A DNA stretch of 35,931 nt from a candidate division WOR-3 bacterium (GTDB lineage: Bacteria > Hydrothermota > Tepidihabitantia > SM23-42 > JAOAFX01). Of the stretch, positions 10,851-20,012 are shown in pieces (positions within the stretch are counted from its first letter, which is position 1; each line of letters opens with the position of its first letter). The position numbers and the translations under genes were made by a program. Where the stretch lies: the NCBI GenBank assembly GCA_039802265.1, contig JBDRWI010000019.1:1-35931 (forward strand), read 5' to 3'. The notes beneath the pieces are model-generated. The model searched no databases. It saw only the letters and a list, made by a program, of their open reading frames with translations, and was not told the origin of the DNA.

Positions 10851-12101
10851 TCAACATAAATCAGCGCAGAGGTCCGAGCCCTGCAACCCTTCAATCCTAA
10901 ATGTATAAAATTTGCCACATATTAATTTTGAATTATTAATTACAATCTGGGGATCTATCTCCGGTGCCAGAAATTCAGTATGGCCTAAATAATTGCCATT
11001 TTTCGAATGCACAAGCGTCTTGTAGATGCCACCGATATACCTCTTCAAATGGGAACTTACAAGTCTCCTTTGAATCTTTACAATCTCTTTATATCTTCGT
11101 CTAATAACCTCTTTCGGCAACTGTTTAAGTGATGCTGCGGCAGTCTCTGGTTCACATGAGTAGGAAAAGACCCCAAACCAGTCAAAGTATGATTCCTTTA
11201 AGAATTCCTTCAGTTCATAAAATTCCTGGTCAGTCTCACCGGGAAAACCGACCATTACCGTTGTCCGTAATACCATATTTTTGATGCTCTTCAATCTTTT
11301 GATTAGTGATTCAATCTCAAGGCGGCTGATACCCCGATTCATTCGTTCGAGAATCCGATCATTGATATGCTGAATTGGCAGGTCAAGGTATTTACAGACT
11401 TTTGGGTTATTTGCTATCTCGCTGATAATCTCATCGGTCATGCCCTTGGGATGGGCGTACATAATTCTAATCCATTCTATATCCGGTATCTTTGAGATTT
11501 CTCTGATAAGTGGAACAAACATCACCCTTTTATAAAGGTCCAGTCCATATCTGGTGGTATCCTGGGCAATTAGAATAATCTCTCTAATTCCTAATTTTGC
11601 CAGTTCCCGTGCCTCCTTTATCAGCTCATTAAATTCAACACTTTTATATTCACCTTTAATCATTGGAATTGTGCAATAACTGCAGTGATTTGAACAACCA
11701 TCCGCAATTTTGAGATAAGAAAATCCAGAAGTCGAAAGAATCCGCGTATCAGGGATATTCTTGCGATTCGTAATAGTCCTGAATAATTCATCGGTTTGGG
11801 TTAATGAAAACCAGCCTGCTACGCCTTTAAATTTGCGGGAAAGAACTTGCTTCATGCGATTCACTGCACAACCCAGAACATAGACCTTCTTGCCATTGGC
11901 AAATCTAAGTACCCTGGTAATTTCCCTGGTGGTTTCTTTTATCGCCGGCGCAATGAAGCCGCAGGTATTGATGATAACCACATCACTCTGGACAAAAGAA
12001 GACACAACCACTCTCTTCGTGGCTAACAATCTGCCTATCAATTTTTCCGAGTCAACGAGGTTCTTCGGACAGCCGAGGGAGATAAAATGAATTCTAATCA
12101 A
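10851..12101 (-). CDS. rimO: Ribosomal protein S12 methylthiotransferase RimO
   Basis: SLGCPKNLVDSE, NTCGFI, YLKIADGCSNHCSYCTIP radical SAM motif, APEID in the TRAM region. Confidence 0.9.
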   Translation of the reverse strand: MIRIHFISLGCPKNLVDSEKLIGRLLATKRVVVSSFVQSDVVIINTCGFIAPAIKETTREITRVLRFANGKKVYVLGCAVNRMKQVLSRKFKGVAGWFSLTQTDELFRTITNRKNIPDTRILSTSGFSYLKIADGCSNHCSYCTIPMIKGEYKSVEFNELIKEARELAKLGIREIILIAQDTTRYGLDLYKRVMFVPLIREISKIPDIEWIRIMYAHPKGMTDEIISEIANNPKVCKYLDLPIQHINDRILERMNRGISRLEIESLIKRLKSIKNMVLRTTVMVGFPGETDQEFYELKEFLKESYFDWFGVFSYSCEPETAAASLKQLPKEVIRRRYKEIVKIQRRLVSSHLKRYIGGIYKTLVHSKNGNYLGHTEFLAPEIDPQIVINNSKLICGKFYTFRIEGLQGSDLCADLC

Positions 12102-12495
12102 TTCTTATCAACTTCACACATGCCGAGGCGACTATTGATTCGCTATTTCGGTCTTTTAATTCTGCCCCGGCCTTAACCAACCTATTTCGTGCCTCAATTA
12201 CCCAACCTCTGGCAATGTATTCCTGTCCAATGTACATCGGCTTTTTTATCCGAACATTCAATTCACAAGTTGCCGATTTATATCCACTTTTATATGCTGC
12301 CCAGACCGCCATCTCATCAAGAATTGTAGCAATAATCCCACCGTGGGCAATAGCGGAATAACCCTGATAATCAGAAGGTAATCTAATGATTGATATTACT
12401 CCATCAGCCGTCTCGGTGATTTTTAATTTCAAGCCCTTCTCGTTTTCACCACCACAGGCAAAGCATTTATTATCCATTAAAAATTTACTGCTCAA
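12094..12495 (-). CDS. PaaI-family hotdog thioesterase
   Basis: CFACG..N..GL, QGY..IAHGGIIATILDE. Confidence 0.9.
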   Translation of the reverse strand: MSSKFLMDNKCFACGGENEKGLKLKITETADGVISIIRLPSDYQGYSAIAHGGIIATILDEMAVWAAYKSGYKSATCELNVRIKKPMYIGQEYIARGWVIEARNRLVKAGAELKDRNSESIVASACVKLIRID

Positions 12496-13132
12496 TTATC
12501 TCCGTTCCTTTTGGTGGATTGAATTTAAAGATTTTTTTTGAGATTTTTTTGTTTAACTGAATATTCTTGAAGATGAATTTATTTTCCGAACCGGTATCAT
12601 CAATGACCGTAATCCCTATTATCCGGAATTTTTCTTTGTTAACTACAACAACTATCTTCTCATAAATTTCGGTTTCTTCCTTTGGTGTCAGTAAGATCTC
12701 ATAGTCTTTATTTATCCTTAACTCGGCATTAAAACGTTCATTGTAATCCTTTAAAAAGAGGTCAGGATTTACCGCAAATGGAATCTGGGAGCCAAGATGT
12801 TGTCTGATTGCCCTTTTTTTATCTGGAAAATATACCCACAGGGATACGCTATCACCCACATAAATCTGATTTGGATTTTTTATTTCCATCCGGAAAAAAT
12901 TGGGTTTTAGAAAATAGATTTTGCCCTCAAAGCTCTGACAGGTCTCGGATGTCTTCTCACAAAACACTTGGGTGAATTCTACATAGAAACTCTTCAGATT
13001 CTGGTAGTTCTGAATAGTCTTATCCACAACCTCGGCAAGTTCGATCGCCCAAATTGGTGCCACCCAGAAAAATGCAGATATAATAAAGAACTTACTTCTA
13101 AACGATAGATTCTCCATCGGACTCCCTTTCAT
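12485..13132 (-). CDS. lolA: Outer-membrane lipoprotein carrier LolA family
   Basis: Signal peptide, F.Q, G.IYFLKPNFFR, LWVY.P, F.F.PPKG.EII; alternative start 13117 with GGAG SD. Confidence 0.85.
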   Translation of the reverse strand: MKGSPMENLSFRSKFFIISAFFWVAPIWAIELAEVVDKTIQNYQNLKSFYVEFTQVFCEKTSETCQSFEGKIYFLKPNFFRMEIKNPNQIYVGDSVSLWVYFPDKKRAIRQHLGSQIPFAVNPDLFLKDYNERFNAELRINKDYEILLTPKEETEIYEKIVVVVNKEKFRIIGITVIDDTGSENKFIFKNIQLNKKISKKIFKFNPPKGTEIIEQ

Positions 13133-13136
13133 TTCA

Positions 13137-13164
13137 ATTTTACATAAAAAAGGGAGAATGTCAA
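13137..13164 (-). promoter_or_regulatory. sigma70-type promoter of the lolA operon
   Basis: TTGACA-16nt-TAAAAT on the minus strand. Confidence 0.65.
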
Positions 13165-13304
13165 CTATGGATTAAAATGAATACATCCCTCGTTTTGCCC
13201 GAATAAATTAGAATTTCGTGCTTCGGTTTTAGTATCTGTATTGAAATTTTTCAAATGCCTATACAACACTTTAGTGGCTTAAAATCAAAATTTTGACCGT
13301 AGTC

Positions 13305-13332
13305 TTTACAATATTTATTTTTTGAATATAAT
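13305..13332 (+). promoter_or_regulatory. sigma70-type promoter of the ABC operon
   Basis: TTTACA-16nt-TATAAT, ATG 8 nt downstream. Confidence 0.55.
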
Positions 13333-13340
13333 TCTTTAAT

Positions 13341-14090
13341 ATGGAAATTGCCATCCGAATTGAAGATTTACATCGTTCATTCAAAGTTCATTTCTGGGAA
13401 AAGAAAAAGGACATATTAAAGGGAATTACTTTTGATGTCTACAAAGGTGAGGTCTTTGGATTCCTTGGTCCAAATGGTGCTGGAAAGACTACGACCATAA
13501 AGACGATTACCGGATTGATAAAACCCGACCGGGGTAAGATTGAAGTCTTCGGACACCCTCCTTATTCACTTGAAGCCAAAAAAAGGATTGGTTTTTTACC
13601 CGAATCCCCATATTTTTATGAGCATTTAAGCGGATATGAGTTTTTGAAAATCCATTCTATGTTGTGCAATGAAAAGATGAATAGAAATAGACTTCTGGAA
13701 CTTATTGACCGGGTTGGATTGAAAAAGGCGGCTGATTTACCTTTGCGCAAGTATTCACGAGGAATGCTCCAGCGGATTGGTATTGCCCAGGCACTTGTTG
13801 GTGAACCCGATTTATTGATTTTTGATGAACCATTGACTGGACTTGACCCAATTGGCAGGAAGGAGATAAAAAGTTTGATATTAAAATTAAAAATGGAAGG
13901 AAAGACGGTATTTTTCTCCTCGCACATACTTCCCGATGCCGAGGCGGTCTGTGATAGGATTGGAATAATAATAGATGGTAGGATTATGCAGATAGGTACA
14001 CTTGATGACCTTCTAAAAAAAGAAACAAGGACTGATGAAATATCTCTTGAGGACTGGTTCTTTGAGCAGGTAATGGGTAGCCAAGAATAG
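13341..14090 (+). CDS. ABC transporter ATP-binding protein (Myxococcus PilH-like, pilus-associated)
   Basis: GPNGAGKTT, YSRGMLQR signature, DEP..GLDP, SSH. Confidence 0.92.
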   Translation: MEIAIRIEDLHRSFKVHFWEKKKDILKGITFDVYKGEVFGFLGPNGAGKTTTIKTITGLIKPDRGKIEVFGHPPYSLEAKKRIGFLPESPYFYEHLSGYEFLKIHSMLCNEKMNRNRLLELIDRVGLKKAADLPLRKYSRGMLQRIGIAQALVGEPDLLIFDEPLTGLDPIGRKEIKSLILKLKMEGKTVFFSSHILPDAEAVCDRIGIIIDGRIMQIGTLDDLLKKETRTDEISLEDWFFEQVMGSQE

Positions 14091-14091
14091 T

Positions 14092-14859
14092 ATGAATAGA
14101 ATCAGCGCAGTTCTGGAAAACACATTCAAAGAGGCACTCCGACAGCGAATAATGATTTTGCTCATAATCTTCAGTGTCCTTCTTATTATTATCTCTATGT
14201 TTCTTGAGCCTTTTGCCCTCGGTGAATCGCCGAAATTGCTAAGGGATTTCGGAATGGCGGTTGCGTCTCTATTTGGTATTCTTGTTGTTATCATTATTGG
14301 CTCCACTTTGATCCATAAAGATATTGAAAAGAGGACAATCTATACAGTAATTGCCAAACCCGTGAAGAGGAGTGAAATCATAATTGGCAAATTCCTTGGA
14401 CTTTTTCTCTTGATTGCAATATTAGAAGGCGCAATGGCTTTAATCCATCAATTTGTTCTTCTTATCTACGAGGGGAAGTTTGACATTCCAATATTGATTA
14501 ATCTACCATTTTCCCTTATTGAAATTGCGGTGCTTTTAGGAATTCTTTTACTCTTTTCGTCTTTTTCTTCAACAACAATGACCTCAATAATGGGTGTGAT
14601 ATTTTATGTAATCGGCCATGCGAGCCCGGATTTGAAACTCTTTGCGGATACAGTTAAAGTGCCGGCAATAAAATATCTTGCCTATGGATTCTATTATATC
14701 CTGCCCAATCTTGAAAATTTTAACCTTCGGTTAGAACTTGTCCATAAACTGCCTATATTCTCTGACCAGGTGTTATTCTCAATTTGCTACGGATTGATTT
14801 ACACGATTTTTTTGCTCTATCTGTCAGTATTGATTTTTGAACAAAGGGAATTTAAATGA
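14092..14859 (+). CDS. ABC-2 type permease (Myxococcus PilI-like)
   Basis: NTFKEALR, about 6 TM segments, DIEKRTIY..IAKPV.R.E.I.GKFLG, C-terminal F..REF. Confidence 0.88.
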   Translation: MNRISAVLENTFKEALRQRIMILLIIFSVLLIIISMFLEPFALGESPKLLRDFGMAVASLFGILVVIIIGSTLIHKDIEKRTIYTVIAKPVKRSEIIIGKFLGLFLLIAILEGAMALIHQFVLLIYEGKFDIPILINLPFSLIEIAVLLGILLLFSSFSSTTMTSIMGVIFYVIGHASPDLKLFADTVKVPAIKYLAYGFYYILPNLENFNLRLELVHKLPIFSDQVLFSICYGLIYTIFLLYLSVLIFEQREFK

Positions 14860-14894
14860 TACAAATCATTCTTCCAATTGTCTGCCGTAATTTT

Positions 14895-15143
14895 TGCCAT
14901 TCCGAACTTACAGCTGCCTGTTGCGTCCAACTTACAATTGTCAGTCACTCCGAACTAACCCCTACTTGTCATCCTGAACCTACAACTACTTATCATTCCG
15001 GATCTACAACTACCTGTCATTCCGAACTCGTTTCGGAATCTAAAAAAATACAGAACCAACCTTTTATACAAAATAAGATGCTGAAACAAGTTCAGCATGA
15101 CAGTCCCGAGTGTCTGTGTCACCCTGAACTTGGTTCAGGGTCT
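14895..15143. repeat. 24-bp degenerate tandem array grading into three 27-bp palindromic repeats (TGTCAYNCYGAACT-type)
   Basis: Units at 14895, 14919, 14943, 14967, 14991, 15015; full palindromes at 15015-15041 (+), 15076-15102 (-), 15117-15143 (+). Confidence 0.85.
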
Positions 15144-15219
15144 CATAACATTATGTTTGCAAGACCATTTCGGAATTGTAAAAGAACATTATTTAAATCC
15201 TGTTTGGCAATAATGTGAA

Positions 15220-15519
15220 ATGACTAAACAATACTATGTTTACGTTTTAACGAATAAAAGGAATAGTGTGCTCTATATAGGAGTTACTGATAATCTCGCG
15301 CGACGGATATACGAACATAAAAATAAATTAATTAATGGTTTTACTAAGAAGTACAATCTTACAAAGTTAGTATATTATGAGGTTACAAATGATGTATACG
15401 AAGCTATAAAAAGAGAAAAGCAATTGAAAAACTGGCACCGAGATTGGAAGATAAATCTCATTACACAAAATAATAAAGAATGGAAGGACCTGAGTGAGGA
15501 GCTCCTTAACGATGAATAA
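15220..15519 (+). CDS. Stand-alone GIY-YIG nuclease (UPF0213-like)
   Basis: YYVYVL...LYIGVT..L.RR..EH, FTKKY....LVYYE, AI.REKQLK.W.R.WK..LI...N..W.DL. Confidence 0.93.
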   Translation: MTKQYYVYVLTNKRNSVLYIGVTDNLARRIYEHKNKLINGFTKKYNLTKLVYYEVTNDVYEAIKREKQLKNWHRDWKINLITQNNKEWKDLSEELLNDE

Positions 15520-15521
15520 TG

Positions 15522-15620
15522 AAATGCTGAAACAAGTTCAGCCTGACTAAAAAAATGGACTGTCATCCTGAACTGGTTATGGCAAAGATGGTCTTTCACC
15601 CTGGACTCGCTTCAGGGTCT
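15522..15620. repeat. Three more copies of the same palindromic repeat downstream of the GIY-YIG gene
   Basis: 15522-15548 (-), about 15561-15583 (+, degenerate), 15594-15620 (+). Confidence 0.8.
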
Positions 15621-15637
15621 ATAAATGGGGTCTTCAT

Positions 15638-16471
15638 ATGATAAAGAATCTTATTTTTGTAATCCTTCTCCTTCTCCTTATTGTCAACTTTTCATATCGC
15701 ATTGATTTAAAAAAGACCCACCATGAATTAATCGGCGAGTTGATGTATTTCCCTTCGGGTTTTGCGGTGAAGGCACTTTCTTTAGGCTTTTATGTTCCCC
15801 TTGCAGATTTTGTCTGGTTGAGATTTATCCAGTATTATGGTGAGCACAGGATGACCGATGCGCGGTTCGATTTGATGTATCATATCTTGGACATCCTAAC
15901 CACGCTTGACCCCTACTTTGTCCACGCCTATACCCTTGGTGCCCTTATGCTCACCCACGATGCAAATAGACCCGACCAGGCAAGGTTAATTTTGAGTAAA
16001 GGAATGCGTCAGGATGTAAACGAGTGGCGAATTCCCTTTATTTATGGCTTCATCCACTATGTGTTTTTAAGAGAATATAAAATCGCCCAGGCATATTTTC
16101 GCATTTCTGCCCAGAAACCAAATGCCCCGGATATGCCAAAGAGATGGGCAGCATATGTTTTACTTAAAAAAATCGGTGATTTAAAAATGAGCCTCGCCTT
16201 GTGGATTGATTTATATAACCATACAAAAAATCCCGAAGAGAAGGCAATAGCGGAAATATATATTAAAGAAATAAAAATGAAGTTAGACATTGAATTTTTA
16301 AACCAAAAAGTGGCTGAGTTTGTTGTAAAAACCGGACGCCAACCGGTCAGTCTAAACGAATTGTTATTAAACAGTCTAATTGATTCATTACCAACCGAAC
16401 CACATGGAGGTTGGTACTATCTTAGGGCTGGCAAGGTCTATTCAACCTGGGAAAAGCAAAAACGGCATTAA
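15638..16471 (+). CDS. Membrane-anchored TPR-like accessory protein of a pilus-associated ABC system
   Basis: N-terminal TM, ADFVWLRFIQYYG, TTLDPYF, WRIPF..GF.HY, C-terminal G..P.SL.EL...G/L...LP.EP.GG.Y. Confidence 0.75.
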   Translation: MIKNLIFVILLLLLIVNFSYRIDLKKTHHELIGELMYFPSGFAVKALSLGFYVPLADFVWLRFIQYYGEHRMTDARFDLMYHILDILTTLDPYFVHAYTLGALMLTHDANRPDQARLILSKGMRQDVNEWRIPFIYGFIHYVFLREYKIAQAYFRISAQKPNAPDMPKRWAAYVLLKKIGDLKMSLALWIDLYNHTKNPEEKAIAEIYIKEIKMKLDIEFLNQKVAEFVVKTGRQPVSLNELLLNSLIDSLPTEPHGGWYYLRAGKVYSTWEKQKRH

Positions 16472-16696
16472 AATATCTTGATATTCTGTGGAGGGTAACT
16501 TTTTTAATCAACGGCCTTAATAAAAGAATTTTGAAATAACTTTTAATAGTATAAAGATGCTTATCCCTGGTGTTGCCTCATTATTTTATTTTTAAATATA
16601 AGCTCAGGGAATAAGAGGGCTGCTTTTTCCCACAACGATGCCCATAGTTTTCTAAAATTTTAGCTAAGTGAAAAAAGCCTCAGAGACTTCTTTTCT

Positions 16697-18826
16697 TCAT
16701 AACGCTACCTTTTGCTTAATATAAATTGTATCACCGCTTTTGATATTGTCCTCGCTGACGGAAAAATTAAATTTTTTATTACCAGCTGTGAGTTCGTATA
16801 AATTACCAGCAGATGTGGGATATGGAACGATTGACATAAATGCCCCGGTAGAGTCGGTTGACAAAGAGTCATAATAAATGAAGTCAAACCCGGGAATTGA
16901 TACTTTGTAAGAAATTTTTACAGGGAGTAATGGATTGAAATATCCTTTTATTGTCGCACCGCGCACATATTCAAAGATTATTATAGATTTTTGAGGAGAA
17001 ACAAACCGTAAGCGATAGTGCCTATATGGTGGGTAAAAATTATCTTTAAAATAAAAACCACTTCCATAGAATAAAGATAGCCGCATTGTGGTAGTTTTTA
17101 GACCACGTTCGTTGGGTGTCATAATTGTGGACAACAATTGAGTGCCAACTTTGCAGGGAAAATAATTTAAAAACTCGGTCGGTTTGATATTTAAATATTC
17201 TGCTGCATACTTTATCAAAAATACCGGACTCTTAAGATAAATATAACGACACTCCAACTCATCAAGGACAGCATTGGCTTCTTCTTCAGTCTCGGTTAAG
17301 AAGAATTGATTCACTGTTTTAAAATTAGAAACATCATTACCAAAATTGCAGGCAGCGACAGGCCTTTTAGCGTAGTAAAGAATTTGATGTCCATCACCCC
17401 AGAAACACATTATCCCGTATTCTGGTTTTTTATCAGGATTAAAAAAATAACTTGTTTCTGGTGTTGAATCATTCAACCATTTATATGATACTTCATCATC
17501 TTTTGGAATTGACCATGTACTACTGTAGTACTGTTTATTTATCAAAGGTTCGAATGATACAAAAATAATAGCACCGAGAATAATATAGGCAAATATCCTG
17601 TGTCTTAAATATAGATTTACGAATTTATAAATTCGGTGTAATGTATAGGTCAATACAATTACAAATAAGGGAGTAAACCAGACGACATATCTTCTTGCCA
17701 GAAAAGATAAAATACCGGTGAAAATTAAAAAGGTTAAGAATATGAAAAATTCCTTTTTGCGATTTTCCAAAATTATTATGAGACCCATTATTGGCCATAA
17801 ATAATACGCCCTGCCGAATAGATATTTCACTGATAAAGTTTCAAGATAACCTGATTGAACTATAAGGGGTTGAAATTCCATTATGGTTTTCAGCCAGGGG
17901 TCATTTTTAATCAAAAAAGAAAAACCACCAGTAGGAATTTTTGTTCTGAAAAAAATAAAAAGGATGATAGTTATTGAGGATAACAAAGGCAAGAAAACCC
18001 AATGAAATTTCTTGCTCAATATCCAAATCCCCATAATATAAATGGCACCTGCCAAAAGAGATACGTGGAGGAGCGATAAACCACGATAACTGAAGGGGCT
18101 GTCTGGAAAGTGTGTATTTATGCTAAACGGTAGAATCATCAAGAGAGAAATTATGAAAGAAATGATAGAGTTGAATTTCTGACTAAAAATGAGAATAAAA
18201 AAGGCAAGTCCTACAAATAAAATTGAACCCTGCCAGAGTAACATTCCGATGCCGAATGATATTCCCAGGTATATCCAGTGGTTTATTTTATTTTCTTGAT
18301 TGGAAATAAGAAAATATATAATCAATAACAAAGCCAGAGTTTCCGCAATATGATGGTCGTTATAACCCAATCTCGACCATGAAATTGTGCCCGGCAGGAT
18401 TGCTGCGAGTAAAGACGAAAAAAAGGCAAGTTTTTTATTAAATAATCTTTTTGTGATAAGATAGGTCATCAATACAACTGCCATTCCGTATAAAATTGGA
18501 TATATTGCACATACCCATTCAACCTGTTCAAATGTTGGTTTTCCCAAAAACAGTAAATAAGCAAGCGTACCCGCCAGGAAGTCAAATAAAGGTGGCCAGA
18601 TACAATAGCCTCCGGTAGGATAGGCAATGTAATAATCAAAAACAGGAAGATATGGATAATTATTTACCAATAACTGCACACGTCTTGTATGATAATGAGG
18701 GTCAGGTGTAAAAAGGGGCGCCGGTAAATGAACGGCTTCGCCGATAAACAAAAAGAATCTTAATGCAAAGGTTATAAATAAAATAATAAAAATTGGATTT
18801 AGTCTATTTAGGGATGATAACTTCAC
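16697..18826 (-). CDS. STT3-family oligosaccharyltransferase, archaeal AglB-like
   Basis: DPHYH.RR, FDYY..YP.G....WPPLFD, S.LG..DHH.AE, W..TI.EFQPL, RRY, WL...TP....PEYGIMCFWGDGH.I....RP.A.NF, C-terminal IFEYV.GA.I.G; polytopic N-terminal half. Confidence 0.88.
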   Translation of the reverse strand: MKLSSLNRLNPIFIILFITFALRFFLFIGEAVHLPAPLFTPDPHYHTRRVQLLVNNYPYLPVFDYYIAYPTGGYCIWPPLFDFLAGTLAYLLFLGKPTFEQVEWVCAIYPILYGMAVVLMTYLITKRLFNKKLAFFSSLLAAILPGTISWSRLGYNDHHIAETLALLLIIYFLISNQENKINHWIYLGISFGIGMLLWQGSILFVGLAFFILIFSQKFNSIISFIISLLMILPFSINTHFPDSPFSYRGLSLLHVSLLAGAIYIMGIWILSKKFHWVFLPLLSSITIILFIFFRTKIPTGGFSFLIKNDPWLKTIMEFQPLIVQSGYLETLSVKYLFGRAYYLWPIMGLIIILENRKKEFFIFLTFLIFTGILSFLARRYVVWFTPLFVIVLTYTLHRIYKFVNLYLRHRIFAYIILGAIIFVSFEPLINKQYYSSTWSIPKDDEVSYKWLNDSTPETSYFFNPDKKPEYGIMCFWGDGHQILYYAKRPVAACNFGNDVSNFKTVNQFFLTETEEEANAVLDELECRYIYLKSPVFLIKYAAEYLNIKPTEFLNYFPCKVGTQLLSTIMTPNERGLKTTTMRLSLFYGSGFYFKDNFYPPYRHYRLRFVSPQKSIIIFEYVRGATIKGYFNPLLPVKISYKVSIPGFDFIYYDSLSTDSTGAFMSIVPYPTSAGNLYELTAGNKKFNFSVSEDNIKSGDTIYIKQKVAL

Positions 18827-19202
18827 TAATCTTCCAGCCAGATTTTGTTAATACCAAGCGGTCTCCGGATAAGAATATTTTTTTTGAATTTTGTCTTTTC
18901 GAGTAAAAACTTACGCGGTAATAAATTAACGCCTTTTTTCCTTTTATCTTTAATGAAATCAATGAATCATATTGTAAAGAATCAACTTCATCGGGTACTG
19001 GAAAAATGTCTTTCTCATTATATTGATTTTCTAAAAAACCATCAAAACAGGTTAATGCTTCCTTATAATTCCTTTTTCCCAACATTGACCAGTAATACTT
19101 GATGGTAGATTCGGGTGTTGCAAATTGGGGCAAGATATTCTCTTGGACACCATTTTTACAAAATGAAAAAACGATAATAAAGAACCATAAATATTTAATC
19201 AC
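18804..19202 (-). CDS. Small putative lipoprotein (NTF2/DUF4878-like)
   Basis: Short signal ending at Cys15, TPE.T...Y......NY.EA..C, C-terminal L..T..GWKI; overlaps the OST start. Confidence 0.7.
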   Translation of the reverse strand: MIKYLWFFIIVFSFCKNGVQENILPQFATPESTIKYYWSMLGKRNYKEALTCFDGFLENQYNEKDIFPVPDEVDSLQYDSLISLKIKGKKALIYYRVSFYSKRQNSKKIFLSGDRLVLTKSGWKISEVIIPK

Positions 19203-19222
19203 AATTTAAACGCATTGAAAAG

Positions 19223-19256
19223 TTTTTGGGTGCAGGATATATCCTGCACCCAAAAA
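19223..19256. terminator. Perfect 34-bp palindrome downstream of pilin (terminator or mRNA-stabilising stem)
   Basis: TTTTTGGGTGCAGGATA|TATCCTGCACCCAAAAA, 13 nt after the pilin stop codon. Confidence 0.7.
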
Positions 19257-19269
19257 TCGGTCAGATGAA

Positions 19270-19788
19270 TTACTTGGCGACACCAGCCGTAAGAACAACC
19301 GGTATCAATCCCTTGGCGCCAATACCATAAATGAGGTATGTTTCAGTTGCATTATTATTACTGGTGGTATTGTAATAAAAGACCTTACCCTCATCGCCCG
19401 GAATAGTTGGGGTGTAGCTTGTATCAGTTGTGGTACTAAGAACTGCTTCCCGGCTGGGCATAAATGGATTTCTCACATTATCACCCAGTATTGCGTCATT
19501 TCCATAAGGAGGTTGATTCTGATCGTTAGCTACAGACATATTAGCAAACGGACCAAAGTAAGAAGTGTTGACTTCGTTGACGGTCACATTTAAATCCACA
19601 GGATAGGCATCAGCGCCCCTGGTTGTGAAATCTTCTACTGCCGTCTGGAGTGTGTGCATATTATTTTTAGTAGATGCCTCTTTTGCCCTCTGCTGCATTG
19701 CCAGGAAATTCGGGATGGCGATCGCAGCCAGAATACCGATGATCACGACCACGACCATCAGTTCAATCAGGGTAAAACCCTTTCTCAT
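19270..19788 (-). CDS. pilA: Type IV pilin (probable major pilin)
   Basis: MRKG|FTLIELMVVVVIIGILAAIAIPNF class III signal with E5; strong AGGAGG SD; downstream hairpin. Confidence 0.9.
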   Translation of the reverse strand: MRKGFTLIELMVVVVIIGILAAIAIPNFLAMQQRAKEASTKNNMHTLQTAVEDFTTRGADAYPVDLNVTVNEVNTSYFGPFANMSVANDQNQPPYGNDAILGDNVRNPFMPSREAVLSTTTDTSYTPTIPGDEGKVFYYNTTSNNNATETYLIYGIGAKGLIPVVLTAGVAK

Positions 19789-19905
19789 ATTAAACCTCCT
19801 GTTTCACTCCGTTTAAACCCGCTGATTAAGCGGATTTTGACACGGATGCGCACAGATTGGTTAATGGTTATTTAACCATTTAACCAATTATTATTTAATT
19901 ATTCA

Positions 19906-20012
19906 CGTGTGCCCGTTCAGGAATGGTTGCACAAGCAACCCTTTTTCACCCTCGCCTTTTATTCCTACAAGAACGAGGGAATTGAGAAATTCAATTTGGG
20001 CTTTGGCACACA
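19906..20012 (-). ncRNA. Candidate structured cis-regulatory RNA in the pilin leader
   Basis: Closing helix GTGTGCC/GGCACAC around three hairpins, plus a possible AGGAAT/ATTCCT pseudoknot; no known family recognised. Confidence 0.4.

Noticed and set aside
14895..15143. CRISPR array
   Set aside because: Units are degenerate, abut at 24 bp without unique 30-40 nt spacers, alternate in orientation, and no cas genes are present.
14856..15218. 120-aa ORF as a real protein
   Set aside because: It is mostly a translation of DNA repeats (CHSELVSES, CHPELGSGS); kept only as a coupling hypothesis.
19270..19788. Electrically conductive e-pilin
   Set aside because: About 15 F/Y in 168 mature residues, and Geobacter-type aromatic positions 27 and 32 are Met and Lys; not convincing.
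19906..19940. c-di-GMP-II or c-di-GMP-I riboswitch
   Set aside because: GTGCAACC and GGGCAC occur in the reverse order to the class II consensus, and no GEMM GGCAAA/GCAAA tandem-hairpin core is visible.
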